A stretch of DNA of 64,000 nucleotides, taken from assembly GCA_016125455.1 (NCBI GenBank), contig WGLS01000027.1, positions 9,954 to 73,953 of the forward strand. The letters are read 5' to 3'. Position numbers and translations under genes: made by a program. This document shows positions 63,235 to 64,000 of this stretch, one piece after another. This DNA is from Alphaproteobacteria bacterium (GTDB lineage: Bacteria; Pseudomonadota; Alphaproteobacteria; Caulobacterales; Parvularculaceae). A model generated the notes under the pieces. That model saw nothing but the letters and a program-made list of their open reading frames with translations. It was not told the origin of the DNA and searched no databases. The stretch's first letter is position 1. Every line of letters begins with the position of its first letter.

Positions 63235-64000
63235 ATGCCATCGCACAACCCGCGCGCCGCGCTTCAAACTCACGACGTGACGAACCAGCCGCCGCCGTTC
63301 GTGGACGTAAACGCATTCGCCAACGACGCCGCGCTGATTGACGCGATCGAGCGCAATGGCGGCGCGGCCCATGCCAACCGTCTCAGCGACTTCGGCGACC
63401 GGGTCGGTTCCGCCGAGGCGCAGGAGTGGGCCGACCAGGCAAACAGAAACCCGCCAAAACTGAAATCATTCGACCGCTACGGCCACCGCCTCGACGAAGT
63501 GGAGTTCCATCCAGCTTACCACATGCTGATGGACCTCGGCCTGTCAGGCGGCGTCGCGGCTGCGGCATGGCGGACCGACATTGCCGGGCATGTACTCCAC
63601 TCGGGCCTGTTGTTCCTGATGGGACAGGCCGATGGCGGCGTATGTTGCCCAATGTCGATGACATATGCGGCCGTCCCGGCGCTTCGGCACGCCCCCGACG
63701 TCGCGGAAACATGGGTTCCCCGCGCGACCACTGAAGACTACGACGCGCGATTTCTGCCCGCCGAAATGAAACGCGCGGCGACCATCGGCATGGCGATGAC
63801 CGAAAAACAGGGTGGGTCCGACGTCCGCGCAAACACAACGCGTGCGGAACAAACCACTGACGGGTGGGCGCTGACCGGACACAAATGGTTCTGCTCCGCG
63901 CCAATGTGCGACGCGTTCCTGACGCTCGCCCAGACCGAGGAAGGCGTTACGTGTTTTCTCGTCCCGCGCTGGAAACCCGATGGGTCGAGAAATGCGATCC
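63235..64000 (+). CDS. AidB-like acyl-CoA dehydrogenase family protein, N-terminal part (continues past the window end)
   Basis: Absent from the track because it has no stop in the window. My own translation from the ATG at 63235 (AGGAG SD) gives MPSHNPRAALQTHDVTNQPPPF...EFHPAYHMLM...CCPMSMTYAAVPAL...GMAMTEKQGGSDVRANTT...GHKWFCSAPMCDAFLTLAQ. Confidence 0.85.
   Translation, partial: MPSHNPRAALQTHDVTNQPPPFVDVNAFANDAALIDAIERNGGAAHANRLSDFGDRVGSAEAQEWADQANRNPPKLKSFDRYGHRLDEVEFHPAYHMLMDLGLSGGVAAAAWRTDIAGHVLHSGLLFLMGQADGGVCCPMSMTYAAVPALRHAPDVAETWVPRATTEDYDARFLPAEMKRAATIGMAMTEKQGGSDVRANTTRAEQTTDGWALTGHKWFCSAPMCDAFLTLAQTEEGVTCFLVPRWKPDGSRNAI

Overview
High-G+C bacterial chromosomal segment. Gene content and order look alphaproteobacterial, which is inference only. 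About 60 protein genes and 2 tRNAs can be supported. Layout: 1-7.1 kb holds exopolysaccharide genes (export protein, TPR protein, priming sugar transferase, GT4/deacetylase-like fusion, orphan FliO-like gene). 7.2-16.4 kb is one long minus-strand Fe-S assembly cluster (Rrf2 regulator, NifS-like desulfurase, sufB, cupin, RidA, sufC, sufD, sufS, DUF59/SufT, VOC, sufA, TfoX-like). 17.4-22.1 kb holds three uncharacterised membrane proteins. 22.2-27.4 kb holds trmFO and a TetR-pirin-SDR-dihaem cytochrome group. 27.4-33.5 kb is housekeeping (der, bamB, yfgM-like, panB, NnrU, apt). 33.6-49.5 kb is mixed (TadG/VWA, M13 peptidase, DEAD-box helicase, GGDEF, DCC, dksA, MATE, UDG fusion, phosphohexomutase, GumN, dusA, Zn-ribbon membrane protein). 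49.8-57.8 kb is an accessory-looking segment bracketed by tRNA-fMet and tRNA-Tyr. 58-64 kb holds rlmB, GST, SDR, HAD, a SET-domain protein, a membrane protein and a partial AidB-like acyl-CoA dehydrogenase. Most interesting is 52.4-56.8 kb. A TIR-domain protein (TIR-TM-FGE/SUMF1) lies tail-to-tail with an 821-aa protein that combines a two-helix membrane module, Rossmann/RCK-like modules, RyR-like repeats and a C-terminal SLOG/LOG-like domain. A small lower-G+C SWIM-zinc-finger gene sits beside them. I read this as a candidate Thoeris-like module (TIR-made signal read by a SLOG sensor) with a channel-like effector, and I do not recognise it as a described system. No CRISPR array, transposase, integrase or rRNA was seen. 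All domain calls are by-eye motif recognition; no searches were run. Many long ORFs in the track are GC-rich shadow ORFs and were rejected. Several track ORF starts were trimmed to internal starts supported by SD sequences, signal peptides or neighbouring stop codons.
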